Positions 28,321-38,637 of a stretch of 64,000 nucleotides of DNA are shown piece after piece (position 1 is the stretch's first letter; every line of letters starts with the position of its first letter). The notes under the pieces were generated by a model. The model was not told the origin of the DNA. It worked only from the letters and a program-made list of their open reading frames with translations, and ran no database searches. Origin of the DNA: a candidate division WOR_3 bacterium SM23_42 (GTDB lineage: Bacteria; Hydrothermota; Tepidihabitantia; SM23-42); the NCBI GenBank assembly GCA_001303785.1, contig LJUJ01000010.1:6765-70764 (forward strand), in the 5' to 3' direction. The translations under genes and the position numbers were made by a program.

Positions 28321-29721
28321 CTAACGTATAACAAAGAATTTCTGCGTTTGCTTGCGGTCTCCGGCAGTCAAGTGCAAAAAATATACTCCAGATGGTAACT
28401 GTGAAGCGTCGACCGAAAGCATGTAGGTGCCAGCTTGACACCATTGGTCAGCGAGTTGTCGCGTTCGCTGTCCGCTTCCATTGAAGATCGACAAACAAAC
28501 ATCAGTATCAAAAGGGATTTCGTATGTAACGGAGAATGAGTGTAGGCGGTTGTGATTGACCGATAGGTGAAACGATGTGGGTGTTTCATCTTTGAGTTCA
28601 CTCGCTCCGGGAATGAGATCATTCTCCCACCAGGATATGCGGCTGCCAAACTGGGCTGCTCCCAGTACGTCGATGTCTCCGTCAGATTCCATGTCGATGG
28701 TCTGTATACCGGTGGCGCCGACAAAGTTGTTGTGTATGGTATGTTTTACCCATTGAATTGGAGTACCGCCAGTATTCTCCCACCAGGCAATCTCGTTACT
28801 GTTTATTGCGGCAGCCAGGACATCAACATCTGCATCATCGTCAAAATCTGCAGTACGAACCGCGTGCGGTCTGAAGAAATTCGAGCCAATTAGATGTTGT
28901 GTGAAGTTCTCGTCACCGTCATTTTCAAACCACAGGACTTGGTTTATGTAACATACGGTCGCGAGCACATCCATATCACCATCAGAGTCTACATCGTCGA
29001 CGTATGCAGAACTGGGACGTGCTGATGTACTTAGAATCACATGTTTGGTGAAGTTTTGATTGCCGTCGTTCTCAAACCAGGCGACCTCTCCGGCGTAACT
29101 GGCAGTGCCAATCAAGTCAATGTCTCCATCAGAGTCGAGATCGGCGCCGCAAACGCTGTTTGCGTGATCCCAGGTGTCGGTCACTATATGGTCGGTAAAA
29201 ACAAGACCACCTTGATTTTCAACCCAGCCTATTCGGTTCATGCCACCTTCGCAACAGGCGACTAGCACGTCGGTATCCTCGTCTGTATCGACATCAGCGA
29301 CAGATATATAGCTGGCGTACGGCCAGGCAGCGATGATGTGCCGGACAAATGTCTGATCTCCCTGATTTTGCCAAAGCTCGACGCCGTTCGTCTGTGAGGC
29401 GCACAGGATGTCGACGTGGCTATCTTCATCGATGTCAAGCGCATGAACCACCATGGCGTAATATGAGATGCTGGAGATGTCGTGTTGCTGATACGTGAAA
29501 TTGCCCGTATTTTCCCACCATGTGACGGTGTGTCCTAGGCGGCCCGAACCGATGACATCGATGTCGGTATCGCCGTCAACATCGATTCCGAACGCGCTCC
29601 ATGGATTGTAGTAATTCTGTGCGACGAGATGCTCTGTGAAAGTGATGTCGGCGATACCCAAGCTAACGAGGTAAATCACGCCACATATGAATTTGCAAAT
29701 ACTATTAATTGATAGCTGTAC
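28321..29721 (-). CDS. FG-GAP/VCBS-repeat protein with CTD; start codon uncertain (GTA or downstream GTG)
   Basis: SD AAGGAGG-CGGTC-GTA; DVDxDxDxDV repeats; LPSGVYF...QKFFVIR. Confidence 0.8.
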   Translation of the reverse strand, partial: VQLSINSICKFICGVIYLVSLGIADITFTEHLVAQNYYNPWSAFGIDVDGDTDIDVIGSGRLGHTVTWWENTGNFTYQQHDISSISYYAMVVHALDIDEDSHVDILCASQTNGVELWQNQGDQTFVRHIIAAWPYASYISVADVDTDEDTDVLVACCEGGMNRIGWVENQGGLVFTDHIVTDTWDHANSVCGADLDSDGDIDLIGTASYAGEVAWFENDGNQNFTKHVILSTSARPSSAYVDDVDSDGDMDVLATVCYINQVLWFENDGDENFTQHLIGSNFFRPHAVRTADFDDDADVDVLAAAINSNEIAWWENTGGTPIQWVKHTIHNNFVGATGIQTIDMESDGDIDVLGAAQFGSRISWWENDLIPGASELKDETPTSFHLSVNHNRLHSFSVTYEIPFDTDVCLSIFNGSGQRTRQLADQWCQAGTYMLSVDASQLPSGVYFLHLTAGDRKQTQKFFVIR

Positions 29722-29734
29722 GACCGCCTCCTTG

Positions 29735-31870
29735 TTAGAAGTAGATAAGATACTTGACTTTGATTGCTGCAATCGTGTATACAGGTTCTAACTTGTCTCC
29801 AAAACGTTCTCGGAAATCATTGAGTGCTACATAAAGCCAACTCTTGGGTCGAAAGTTCCAGGAAAAGAGAAAACCGAATCGATTATTGATGAACTCTGTC
29901 TCACCGATACGGGTTTCTGGTGTCTGCAGAAGAATGTCATTGAAAATTGCCAGGCTCTTGTCGGCGCTGAAGCGGATATCGAGTCTTGGTCTGATCCGAG
30001 GGTGCATCGCGATGATGGTGTTAGTGGTGTCCCATTCGACCCACAGATTGCCGGATAACACGATGCTCATGGGCGGTATTATTGAATAGCCGAAGAAGAA
30101 CCAATGGGATCCCTGGTAAGCCAAGAAGTTCCGCAGGTAATTCCAGCTGTAGTTGTAATTGCAGCCAAAATTGATGTTATTGCCCTTGATTAGACCCCAC
30201 ATCGAGAAATCAAGGCTGCGGTAGGTGTAATTCGTGTCGGCTTCATAGTACTTGCCGGCGTATAGGTCCAGGGAAAGACCCCAACGGTTGCGAAAAGCAG
30301 GGTTGATCTGCAAGCCGGCGATCTTCGACCAATTTGTGTCACCGGGTTCCTGAAGGATGTGAATACCCGGAGCAATATAAAACCACCGCAGGAATCCTTC
30401 CTGGAAAACTTTCGAAGGCCCGGTGAAAAAGTACAATCGTTTCCTGCCTGCCCAGGGTACAAATCCGATATCACTGACGTCAAACGAATCCCGCACAATT
30501 TCGACGGCGGCTTTGGTGAAGAAGTTGCCTATGAAACCACGGTAACCGGATGAGACTGCCCAATCCTGCTTACCGCTGTGGTCGCTGAAGGCACCCTGAA
30601 CGATGACTTGATCGGGTCCGCTTCTGTAGACTCCCTCCAGTCCGAGTGCGTAGTTGTAATTGTCTCGGTCGACGGTTGTTCCGCTGAAGTGCAGTCCGAT
30701 GTCCGAGTTATCCATGAACCGGCGCTGGGCGCGGAAGACACCGAACCATCGATTCGGTTCATAGAGCGTATCTTGCTCTGTCGTATCTGCAAATTCATCG
30801 GTGTAGGCACCCAGTAAGCCAATATTCCATTTTTGTGCATTGTTCGTCACCTTCAATCCGCCAAGAATAGGAACCACCTCGCCATCGAGTGATTTACCCA
30901 ACTTGCGTGAATAGAAGATCTCCAATGGGTAGAAAAAGACGGGGCCATCTTGACCCAAGTCTGACATCCGGAAGATGTCCCTGCCTTCCAGAAAGAAAGG
31001 TCTTCGTTCGTCCAGATATGTCGGGTAACGCGACAAATTCACCGTGAACGGATCAGACTCAATTTGCGCAAAGTCCGGCAAGATAGTGGCGTTTATGGTT
31101 GTTTGGGGTGTGACGTCCCACTTGAGGTTGAGGCTGAGATTCGGTTTGAATTCTTCAGAAACCGAATCCCTGGCCACGTAGTATCGTTTGTCAAATCGTA
31201 CATATCCTTCAGGATATAGCTCGAAATAGTAGCCGGTGGCCTGAGGATCTATGTTTTTAAGGATTCCCCAGCGCGACACCATGTCACCCTCGCCTTGCAA
31301 CACCTCGGTCCAGTAATCGTCTTCCCGGTTATATGCGATGTGACGCATAAACTGAATACGCCATTCGTTCAAACCTTTTTTGTAGCGAATAGATTTGAAG
31401 GGGATCTTGATTTCTATGTCCAGGCGATCGTCGTAGACCTTCACGCCGCGAAACCAAACGCCTTCCCAGGTGTCGTCGAATATGCGGCCGTCATCGAAAA
31501 TCCAACCGTCCCAGAAAAGCTGACTGGCGAAAACAAGAAAGTAGTACCCCGTTGTTTTGCTGCCAAACGGATCAATGCTCACCCGAACATAGTCTTCATC
31601 GGTCGTGAAGCAAGCAATGGGCTTGTGGTTTTCAGCGTAGCAACGGAATGCGACATAGAGGTTATTTTTGTCCTGAAGGACGTATACCACGGTGCTCTCC
31701 GTGGGTTCGGTCCTTTCGTAAGGTATGTGCTGCACGAAGTTGTACGCAGAATCAGACTGCTGCCATACTTCTTCGATCACGCCGTCAATGTGCGGCGCGG
31801 TCTCAGTGAATCTCACCTCGACGGTTTTTTCATTTGCCATTAGCACAACAAGTAATAATGCAACGTGCAT
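29735..31870 (-). CDS. Carbohydrate-binding family 9-like / DUF5916 outer-membrane protein
   Basis: PHIDGVIEE.W; EIKIPFKSIRY; PDFAQIESD; ERRPFFLEG; C-terminal Phe. Confidence 0.85.
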   Translation of the reverse strand: MHVALLLVVLMANEKTVEVRFTETAPHIDGVIEEVWQQSDSAYNFVQHIPYERTEPTESTVVYVLQDKNNLYVAFRCYAENHKPIACFTTDEDYVRVSIDPFGSKTTGYYFLVFASQLFWDGWIFDDGRIFDDTWEGVWFRGVKVYDDRLDIEIKIPFKSIRYKKGLNEWRIQFMRHIAYNREDDYWTEVLQGEGDMVSRWGILKNIDPQATGYYFELYPEGYVRFDKRYYVARDSVSEEFKPNLSLNLKWDVTPQTTINATILPDFAQIESDPFTVNLSRYPTYLDERRPFFLEGRDIFRMSDLGQDGPVFFYPLEIFYSRKLGKSLDGEVVPILGGLKVTNNAQKWNIGLLGAYTDEFADTTEQDTLYEPNRWFGVFRAQRRFMDNSDIGLHFSGTTVDRDNYNYALGLEGVYRSGPDQVIVQGAFSDHSGKQDWAVSSGYRGFIGNFFTKAAVEIVRDSFDVSDIGFVPWAGRKRLYFFTGPSKVFQEGFLRWFYIAPGIHILQEPGDTNWSKIAGLQINPAFRNRWGLSLDLYAGKYYEADTNYTYRSLDFSMWGLIKGNNINFGCNYNYSWNYLRNFLAYQGSHWFFFGYSIIPPMSIVLSGNLWVEWDTTNTIIAMHPRIRPRLDIRFSADKSLAIFNDILLQTPETRIGETEFINNRFGFLFSWNFRPKSWLYVALNDFRERFGDKLEPVYTIAAIKVKYLIYF

Positions 31871-31919
31871 TCAACCTCCCTGGTTTATTACTTAAATAGA
31901 AGAAAATTTTTCATTATTA

Positions 31920-32486
31920 CTATAACGAATCAACTAGATGTTTGCCGGCATCGAAGGCTTGTTTCAAATACTCTGGTTTACTCGTAATGGCATCTTGATC
32001 CATTAATTCGGCGAAGAATAGCATATCTAAGATGTCGATACCGAGCGAACGCATGCACCGCTTATAGAACTCGACGAGCACTTGTGCTTCATAATCAGTA
32101 TCCTTCTCGCCTAATGTAGTGATGATTACAGCCTTCTTACCGGCAATCAGATGATTGTTTTCCTTGTGATGAAAGAAATAAAGTCGGTCAATAAATGTCT
32201 TCAAGAGACCGGTTATCTCACACCAATAAATGGGGGAAGCAAAAACGAGGATGTCCGATTTCGTGATTGCATCACGCAAATCGGACATATCGTCCTGAAA
32301 GTGACAGGTTTTTTCTCTCAGGCACTGACAACAGCCAATACAATTGTGTATTACCAGATTCCGCAGCATGGCATTGCGTACCGCCAAACCTGAAGCAGAA
32401 ACGCCCCGTATGAATGAACTCAAAATGGCATCCGTGTTACCGTTTTCGCGTGTCGATCCATTGATAATGAGAACACGTCTAGCCAG
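31920..32486 (-). CDS. Flavodoxin-family iron-sulfur flavoprotein (NADPH-dependent FMN reductase fold); start uncertain
   Basis: INGSTRENGNT; CIGCCQC....C; ASPIYW; KTFIDR. Confidence 0.85.
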   Translation of the reverse strand: MARRVLIINGSTRENGNTDAILSSFIRGVSASGLAVRNAMLRNLVIHNCIGCCQCLREKTCHFQDDMSDLRDAITKSDILVFASPIYWCEITGLLKTFIDRLYFFHHKENNHLIAGKKAVIITTLGEKDTDYEAQVLVEFYKRCMRSLGIDILDMLFFAELMDQDAITSKPEYLKQAFDAGKHLVDSL

Positions 32487-32609
32487 ACTTCCCCCTTTGT
32501 TCTTCATTAGACATTGAAAGGACAATGCTGGCGAGCTGAAGAGAGCCTTGCGTGGCTTCCTTGTACATATGTCTAAATTCTTTAGTTCGTTTTGGAAACG
32601 ACATATAAT

Positions 32610-32637
32610 ATTGTAACCAATCGGCGCTGGATGTCAA
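32610..32637 (-). promoter_or_regulatory. sigma70-type promoter TTGACA-N16-TACAAT
   Basis: Near-consensus hexamers; ATG 32604 lies 5 nt downstream. Confidence 0.65.
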
Positions 32638-32912
32638 GGCCCCAACTCTCTTGACAGCCTTCGAGCTGGGTGCTTCGCCTGGTCTTATTCTTAACATATC
32701 AGAGATACAGTTTGGTGAGAAGCGGGGCGCCGACCGTGCCCCGGCAATCAGGATTGGTATCACTAGTCAGGTCGTACGCATATGTCGCTCGGGTTATCAT
32801 CATAAATTCTTGGCTGGGTGGTGCTTGGGCATGTAGAGAAGAGCCTGCCATTGTGAGTTTTGAACTGTGGATGGTAGGCGAGCGATAATCCATGACAGGC
32901 TCCTCTTTACTG

Positions 32913-35624
32913 TTACTGGCCTTGGGTGTTAGCATTGATTTTCCCTTTGGTCGCTAGCCCGATAATGGATGGGAGGAAGAGAATGGTAGTCATAAAGCAT
33001 GCACCAACTCCAGTAACAAGCAGGGCGCCGAAGCCCACCCAGCCACGATACGAGGCGGTCATCAAGGAGCCAAAGCCCGCCATTGTCGTCAGGGAGGTGA
33101 GTAAGACAGCCTTGCCCGTGCTCTTTAAAACAATAGGTGTTTTGCGCAAGCCTTCAAACATGTAGCGATGAAGAATGTGTACACCATCGTCGATGCCGAT
33201 ACCCACGATCATGGGAATCGCCATTACATTGACTACATTGAGCATAAGCCCACATGTCTTCATGAGTCCCAGCATCCAGATACCACCAGTGATCAATGGT
33301 ATCACACCCAGTATCGCAAATCGGAAACTACGAAAATCCAGCCAGAGCAGCAGGATGACGATGATGACTGTGAGTATGGTCGCATTCAGTCCATCTCGAC
33401 CAATCAGCCTGATGAGGTGTAGAAATATGGGTGGGGTTCCGGTTATCTTCGGGCTGACGGTTTCGAGCTGTTTGTCGAAACGGGTGAGTGCTTCGTAATT
33501 CCAGATCGTTTCCTTAGGGTAGATAGTGACGAGGTACTTGTCGCCTGCTTCGTTGATATACTGGTTCTTAATGTGCTCTGGAACTTGTTCAAGGGTGATC
33601 AATTCGGGGTTGGCCATATCATTGATCTTCTGCCGAAGATTTGGGAAGTAGTAATTCTGGAAATTGTTCAGTTGTTCAACCGCGAACTGGGGGTTGTGTC
33701 GAATCTTCTCGACAAGATTGAGTATGAAGCTCTCGGGATCTTCCTGTTCCGGGTCGCCGATAATACTCTTACATTTCTCATCGACTTTGTCTTGGCCGCC
33801 GATGAATGCGAGCTGGGAGAGTTCGTATATATTCATGTCGAGTCTTTCTAATTCGGTGATGAGTTCTTCTATTTTGTGCGTTGTCAAGTGGTTTACCGTT
33901 TTGTTTTGCTGTAATACCCGCCGGATATCCTCTACATATGGACGCCTCTCGAGTTGCTTTTCTTCGGGTGGCACATAATCGGCAATATTCTCGACCATGC
34001 TTATCAATGGCATTTCTTTAAGTCTCTCCGCCATTGCGTATGATTCTTCAACCGAACCGGTTGTCACCATGGCAAAATCTGGGCTCAGGTCAAAAGCCTC
34101 GATGATCGTATCCTGCAATTCAACGGTGGCTAATCCTTTGGGCTCGATGTTGAGCATGTTGTAGTCGAATCTAATATTCAAAGCCTGATATAAAAGGAAT
34201 CCGGTAATCGCTGCCGCGACTAAAAGGTAGACAAGGGGTCGGGTTACGATACTGCGCCCGAGACTGCCGAGTACCTTGAATTCCACGTGCGGCTGTTTAA
34301 AGGGTCTCTTGCTTACCCTTTTGAGAAAACGTTCACGGGCGACGAGTATCGAAGGAAGACTTGTCAGCGTCGTCAACATGGCGCAGACGATGCCAATACC
34401 GAGCACGATACCCATTTCCTTGATGCCCTGTGTCACCGAGATGGCGAGTGCAAAGAAGGCGGCGGCCGTGGTCAAGGCACCAGTGATAATTCCGGGGCCT
34501 GATCTTATTAGCGTTTCTTGCATTGCGCTCACGGAATCTTTGTCGATGTTTCTTCTCTCGCCGTAGACCGATATGATGTGAATGGAATAGTCGACGCCCA
34601 GACCGATCAATATTACGGCAAACATCGAAGTCATCATGTTTAGTCTACCCAACAGGAGGCCGACGATACCGGCCGCGATTATGATCGAGAGAATTAAGTT
34701 CAATCCAGCAAGGATCGGTGCGCTCCACATCCGGAAGGTCAAAATAAAAAGAAGTAGCACCAAGACTAGAGCGAGTATAGCGCTGAGTTGCATATCCTTA
34801 GTGGTGTGCTCCATTTCATCCTTCTGAAGCGGGATCATGCCGGAGATACCTGCCTTCACATTTGGAAAATCTGGCAAGGTCCGATCGATAATTGCCTGCA
34901 CGCTATCCGTGGAGGAAATATCCTTATCGATGTCCATAGCCGTGAAATTTGGCTTAAGATTCATAAGTAGGACACGCTTGTCTTGAGATATGAAATAAGG
35001 ATCGCCGTATAGAAAACGCTCGACCGCTGAATCAGCAAGATCCGGAGTTGCTGATTGTGGATCAGAGATAAACGCATTCATTGCTTTCAACCAATAATGA
35101 AAGCCATCAAGCGTACGCACCGCGTCAGTTTCTTTTTCCTTGGTACTCAGTGCTTCCTCATCACCAATATATTCTTCTTCGAAGTTATCATTTATATTGT
35201 TTAATAGAGGAACAAGATTCAGGTCTTCGAACATATCGGCGCCTGTTTCCAGATCTTTTGCCTCGGCGAGCATGAATCCATGTTTGGAAAAAAAGTCCTT
35301 GTCAATTTTGTAGTCAATTCGATCGAAAAATTGTGTGAGTTCTTTTATCTGGGGGGTTATCGCATCGGCGAATTGCTTTATCTGCTGTTCTTCTCCGCGT
35401 ACGACGACGAGGAAAGTCGATGCGCTCTTGTAATCGGTTATTATTTTGTCGAACTCGCGCGCCTTGGGGTCGTTCATGGGGAGCATGTCTGACCAGCGCA
35501 TGTCCATTCTGATGCGCGATGCCGATATCGCGGCGAACACAGTTACTATCAACAGGCCAATTATTACACGCCACGGATGCGTTGCTGCGAAGCGTGCCCA
35601 ATTTCTAAGCAATCTTTCTCTCAT
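32913..35624 (-). CDS. MMPL/RND-family transporter
   Basis: Two TM bundles with GLGVDYSIH and GIGIDDGVH motifs; TSLTTMAGFGSL. Confidence 0.92.
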   Translation of the reverse strand: MRERLLRNWARFAATHPWRVIIGLLIVTVFAAISASRIRMDMRWSDMLPMNDPKAREFDKIITDYKSASTFLVVVRGEEQQIKQFADAITPQIKELTQFFDRIDYKIDKDFFSKHGFMLAEAKDLETGADMFEDLNLVPLLNNINDNFEEEYIGDEEALSTKEKETDAVRTLDGFHYWLKAMNAFISDPQSATPDLADSAVERFLYGDPYFISQDKRVLLMNLKPNFTAMDIDKDISSTDSVQAIIDRTLPDFPNVKAGISGMIPLQKDEMEHTTKDMQLSAILALVLVLLLFILTFRMWSAPILAGLNLILSIIIAAGIVGLLLGRLNMMTSMFAVILIGLGVDYSIHIISVYGERRNIDKDSVSAMQETLIRSGPGIITGALTTAAAFFALAISVTQGIKEMGIVLGIGIVCAMLTTLTSLPSILVARERFLKRVSKRPFKQPHVEFKVLGSLGRSIVTRPLVYLLVAAAITGFLLYQALNIRFDYNMLNIEPKGLATVELQDTIIEAFDLSPDFAMVTTGSVEESYAMAERLKEMPLISMVENIADYVPPEEKQLERRPYVEDIRRVLQQNKTVNHLTTHKIEELITELERLDMNIYELSQLAFIGGQDKVDEKCKSIIGDPEQEDPESFILNLVEKIRHNPQFAVEQLNNFQNYYFPNLRQKINDMANPELITLEQVPEHIKNQYINEAGDKYLVTIYPKETIWNYEALTRFDKQLETVSPKITGTPPIFLHLIRLIGRDGLNATILTVIIVILLLWLDFRSFRFAILGVIPLITGGIWMLGLMKTCGLMLNVVNVMAIPMIVGIGIDDGVHILHRYMFEGLRKTPIVLKSTGKAVLLTSLTTMAGFGSLMTASYRGWVGFGALLVTGVGACFMTTILFLPSIIGLATKGKINANTQGQ

Positions 35625-35641
35625 GTCTCATTCCTCCGGTT

Positions 35642-36811
35642 TTAGTAATACACGCTTGCACGTAATAGAAAACCGTTACCCAAAGTTCTGCTGTATGCCG
35701 TTCCTTCTTCGCCGGTATAGATATTGCCCATCAAGAGTAGTTCGATGTTTTCGAACAGACTGTACTGTATCATGGGAACGATCGCGGTGCTGTAATCGGA
35801 GAGGCTGAAGACTAGAGAACCACCTAATAAAAGCAGATCGGTCAGGGGATATGTTATGAGTCCGTAGATCTGGTCGCGGGAAACGGTCTTGGTTTCGCCG
35901 GTGAAGAAACGCATCCAGTCGTTGAGGTCGAAATTCTCATGATCTGATTTGGCCTGTGAATTATGGTGGTACTCGAGCATCGTATAGAGACCCGATTCGA
36001 ATGTATAGTCAGTACCGGCCAGGAATTCGTAAAAATCGTCATTGTCTTCTTCAAGGAATGTGTAAAGACCTTCGGCCCATACTCCTAAGCCGATTAGTTC
36101 GCCAACAACGTCACCACCAAAAGAACGACGTGTCTGTTCGGATAATTCGAAGGTGTAGAAATCGGTTAGTTTGTAGGGCATTTCGATTCCCATTACACTG
36201 AAGTCAAAGTGTCCTAATCCTATCTTGGCGCGCAGCAACTTACCCGAGGTCTTCCAATCCATTTCGATCGGTGAAAAGAGAGTCATCAGGCTTAGCCTTG
36301 AGCCGAGGAGAAAATCCATGCGCAAGCCATGGTGACCGGGCTGTTCATATGTCGGGTCCAGGGCATCCTTGATATTGAAGACATCAGTCGGATTGGCAAA
36401 GTAGCCGGCTCCCAATGATATTTGCTGCTTGCCTGCGGTGATTGCGAAGCGGTTCAAGCCGAAACGTACGTATACGTTGTCGAGATAGAATGTGTCTTGA
36501 TAGGTGAATTGATACAGCGGTCGCATCTCGGGCGGAACCGTGGATGCGATGTCCTGGGGAAGAAAATCGATGACATTCCAGTCGGGTTTACCGTAGTAGA
36601 GCAGGAATATGGCATTTGCACCGAACTCGGTATTCTTGACGACCGTGCTCTTGATGTCAACGCGTAGCTTGTTGTAGAGGAGCTGACAGTAATTATCTCT
36701 ATGATAGATACCCGCATACTCCGGTTCGAAATAGCCGAAAACATCGGCTTGAGCATGGACCAACGTAACGGGCAGGGCAAATAGTGTAATTGCGTATGCG
36801 AAAGTTCTCAT
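35642..36811 (-). CDS. Putative outer-membrane beta-barrel (DUF1302-like porin)
   Basis: Signal peptide; GKQQISLG..NPTD motif; aromatic C-terminus; operon position. Confidence 0.75.
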   Translation of the reverse strand: MRTFAYAITLFALPVTLVHAQADVFGYFEPEYAGIYHRDNYCQLLYNKLRVDIKSTVVKNTEFGANAIFLLYYGKPDWNVIDFLPQDIASTVPPEMRPLYQFTYQDTFYLDNVYVRFGLNRFAITAGKQQISLGAGYFANPTDVFNIKDALDPTYEQPGHHGLRMDFLLGSRLSLMTLFSPIEMDWKTSGKLLRAKIGLGHFDFSVMGIEMPYKLTDFYTFELSEQTRRSFGGDVVGELIGLGVWAEGLYTFLEEDNDDFYEFLAGTDYTFESGLYTMLEYHHNSQAKSDHENFDLNDWMRFFTGETKTVSRDQIYGLITYPLTDLLLLGGSLVFSLSDYSTAIVPMIQYSLFENIELLLMGNIYTGEEGTAYSRTLGNGFLLRASVYY

Positions 36812-37599
36812 CGTTGCATCCCCATTTCAGTGAACAGATCATCCGCTAGATCGACATCATATTCGACCTCGATTAATTCCATACTGGTCTGTGTGTTGTC
36901 GAGCTTGTTGTACATGACGCACTTAATTGGCGTATAAATTCCGTCGATGAGTTGGACGTCGCTACAGATTAGTTGTTTTTCGCAGAGCTCAGGGTCGTCG
37001 TCATGATAGTAGTCAATCACAAGCGGCACGAATTGTTCGATGTCCACCCATATTATGAGACGCGAGTAGCCCGCTGTGCTCTCCGGTTTGCGGGTCAGTT
37101 CCAGTTTGTAGCACTGTCGCCCTTCTTTCTTTTCGTCTTTCAAGCGCAGGGCCTTGTACTCTTCGATGAATGTGTTCGATGCGCCCATGTCCTCATAGGA
37201 GAAATCGCTGCCTTCGACCTTTTGCCTTTTGGCATGCGTGGCCAGCTTACGAATGCGCTTGGTCCGCGGGAAATAGGTCCAGATGTCGTTGGCGTCGTTG
37301 AGCATGAGTATGGTCTGGTCCTTCACACGCTGCGGTTTCAGATATTTCATCAGGCTTTTCTCACCCTTATTCTTGGAAAATGTCTCGTATTCAAAAGTAC
37401 GTTCTTGCCCGGAGCTCGTCACGATGGTCATGGAGATTATCCCTTGTGATTGCTCAGGATTCATGGTTTCAGTCAAAGTTTCAAGAATCATGTCCGCAGT
37501 CAAACCCTCTTGAGCGTACAGCTGCGCAGCGGGATGACTTAGTGCAAGGAACACGCACAGTAGTGTTAACACACTGGGCGTTTTTGCATTCCTTATCAT
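36808..37599 (-). CDS. Outer-membrane lipoprotein-sorting protein (LolA-like)
   Basis: WTYFPRTKRIRKL; GSDFSYEDM. Confidence 0.88.
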   Translation of the reverse strand: MIRNAKTPSVLTLLCVFLALSHPAAQLYAQEGLTADMILETLTETMNPEQSQGIISMTIVTSSGQERTFEYETFSKNKGEKSLMKYLKPQRVKDQTILMLNDANDIWTYFPRTKRIRKLATHAKRQKVEGSDFSYEDMGASNTFIEEYKALRLKDEKKEGRQCYKLELTRKPESTAGYSRLIIWVDIEQFVPLVIDYYHDDDPELCEKQLICSDVQLIDGIYTPIKCVMYNKLDNTQTSMELIEVEYDVDLADDLFTEMGMQR

Positions 37600-38243
37600 T
37601 CTTCCTCCTTGTTTTCTTTTTTCTTTCTACCCATATAGCCATAGAGGAACAGATCAGCTAATGCATCTGCATACCTTTCGTAGAATGCATCATTCAGTTG
37701 CGCAACATACTCCTTGAACTGCGGATATTGTTCGGCTGCATACTTGCCCTGGAAATGATTAAGAATTACCGCAACGAAGACATTGGGACCTAAACTCTCC
37801 TGAAGTACGTCACGAGAGTCTACTCCCAATTTCTTGCGAAAATTTTCCATGCCTTCGCGAATGCCAGTAACCCATTTTACCTTTAGTCCCATCACTTCCG
37901 GAATGTCAAGCGGTATGACATCAAAGGCGACAATGGCTAGCTCGGTGTTTTTCCGGAAAAAGTTGACACCGGTCCGGATCATCTTTCGGATATGTTCATC
38001 AACCGGGAGATCCTCGTCGCCGACTGGTTTGATTGTTTTGAAGTATCGGTCGTAGCATTCATTGATGATTGCTTTGAGAATACCTGCCTTCTCGCCGAAA
38101 TAGTAGTTGATCATAGAAATGTTGACGTGTGCCTTCTTGGCGATTTCCCGAACGCCAACAGCAGCATAACCCTTACGGGCGAAAAGGGCGAGCGCGGCTT
38201 CGAATATCCTCTGCTTAGCGCGTTTATTTTGTGCGGTCCTCAT
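37596..38243 (-). CDS. TetR/AcrR-family transcriptional regulator
   Basis: IFEAALALFARKGYAAVGVREIAKKAHVNISMINYYFGEK HTH. Confidence 0.93.
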   Translation of the reverse strand: MRTAQNKRAKQRIFEAALALFARKGYAAVGVREIAKKAHVNISMINYYFGEKAGILKAIINECYDRYFKTIKPVGDEDLPVDEHIRKMIRTGVNFFRKNTELAIVAFDVIPLDIPEVMGLKVKWVTGIREGMENFRKKLGVDSRDVLQESLGPNVFVAVILNHFQGKYAAEQYPQFKEYVAQLNDAFYERYADALADLFLYGYMGRKKKENKEEE

Positions 38244-38259
38244 GCTTGCCTCCTTAAGG

Positions 38260-38430
38260 ATTGAACGACCGTTTCAAACAATCATTTGTATGCCATATGC
38301 TAATCACCTCAGTCAAATACCGCTCACAGGATTGCTCACAACAGCCAAGGTACGCTGCGTCTTCGATTGATAGGTTCATATTTCCCCCATTTATCTGTCA
38401 AACGTTTGTTTTAATCAATCGTTCGTTTAC
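38260..38430 (-). promoter_or_regulatory. Probable TetR operator sites
   Basis: Palindrome CAAACGTTTG (38399-38408), related AATCAATCGTTCGTTT next to the -10 box, and TTGAACGACCGTTTCAA / CAAACAATCATTTG next to the SD. Confidence 0.5.
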
Positions 38431-38458
38431 ATTATAATGAAAAACCTTTCTTTGTCAA
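38431..38458 (-). promoter_or_regulatory. sigma70-type promoter TTGACA-N16-TATAAT of the TetR-MMPL operon
   Basis: Perfect hexamers. Confidence 0.8.
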
Positions 38459-38637
38459 GAGGGCTTCGCCCTCTTCGATGTCGCTGAGAACTGACTGATT
38501 ACAGCGATATCTGTTGCCATTTGCGGGGACAGGCACATACCTTTGCACTTTTTGTTATGACGCGACAGCAGATAATTGCAGAATTCAAGTGAATATGTTT
38601 TTGGCTGGGTTTGCGACAGGTTGGCTTTGTTGGCAAA

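Noticed and set aside
32720-32800. tRNA-like GC-rich segment
   Set aside because: A single hairpin (CGGGGC...GCCCCG); no cloverleaf or TTC T-loop
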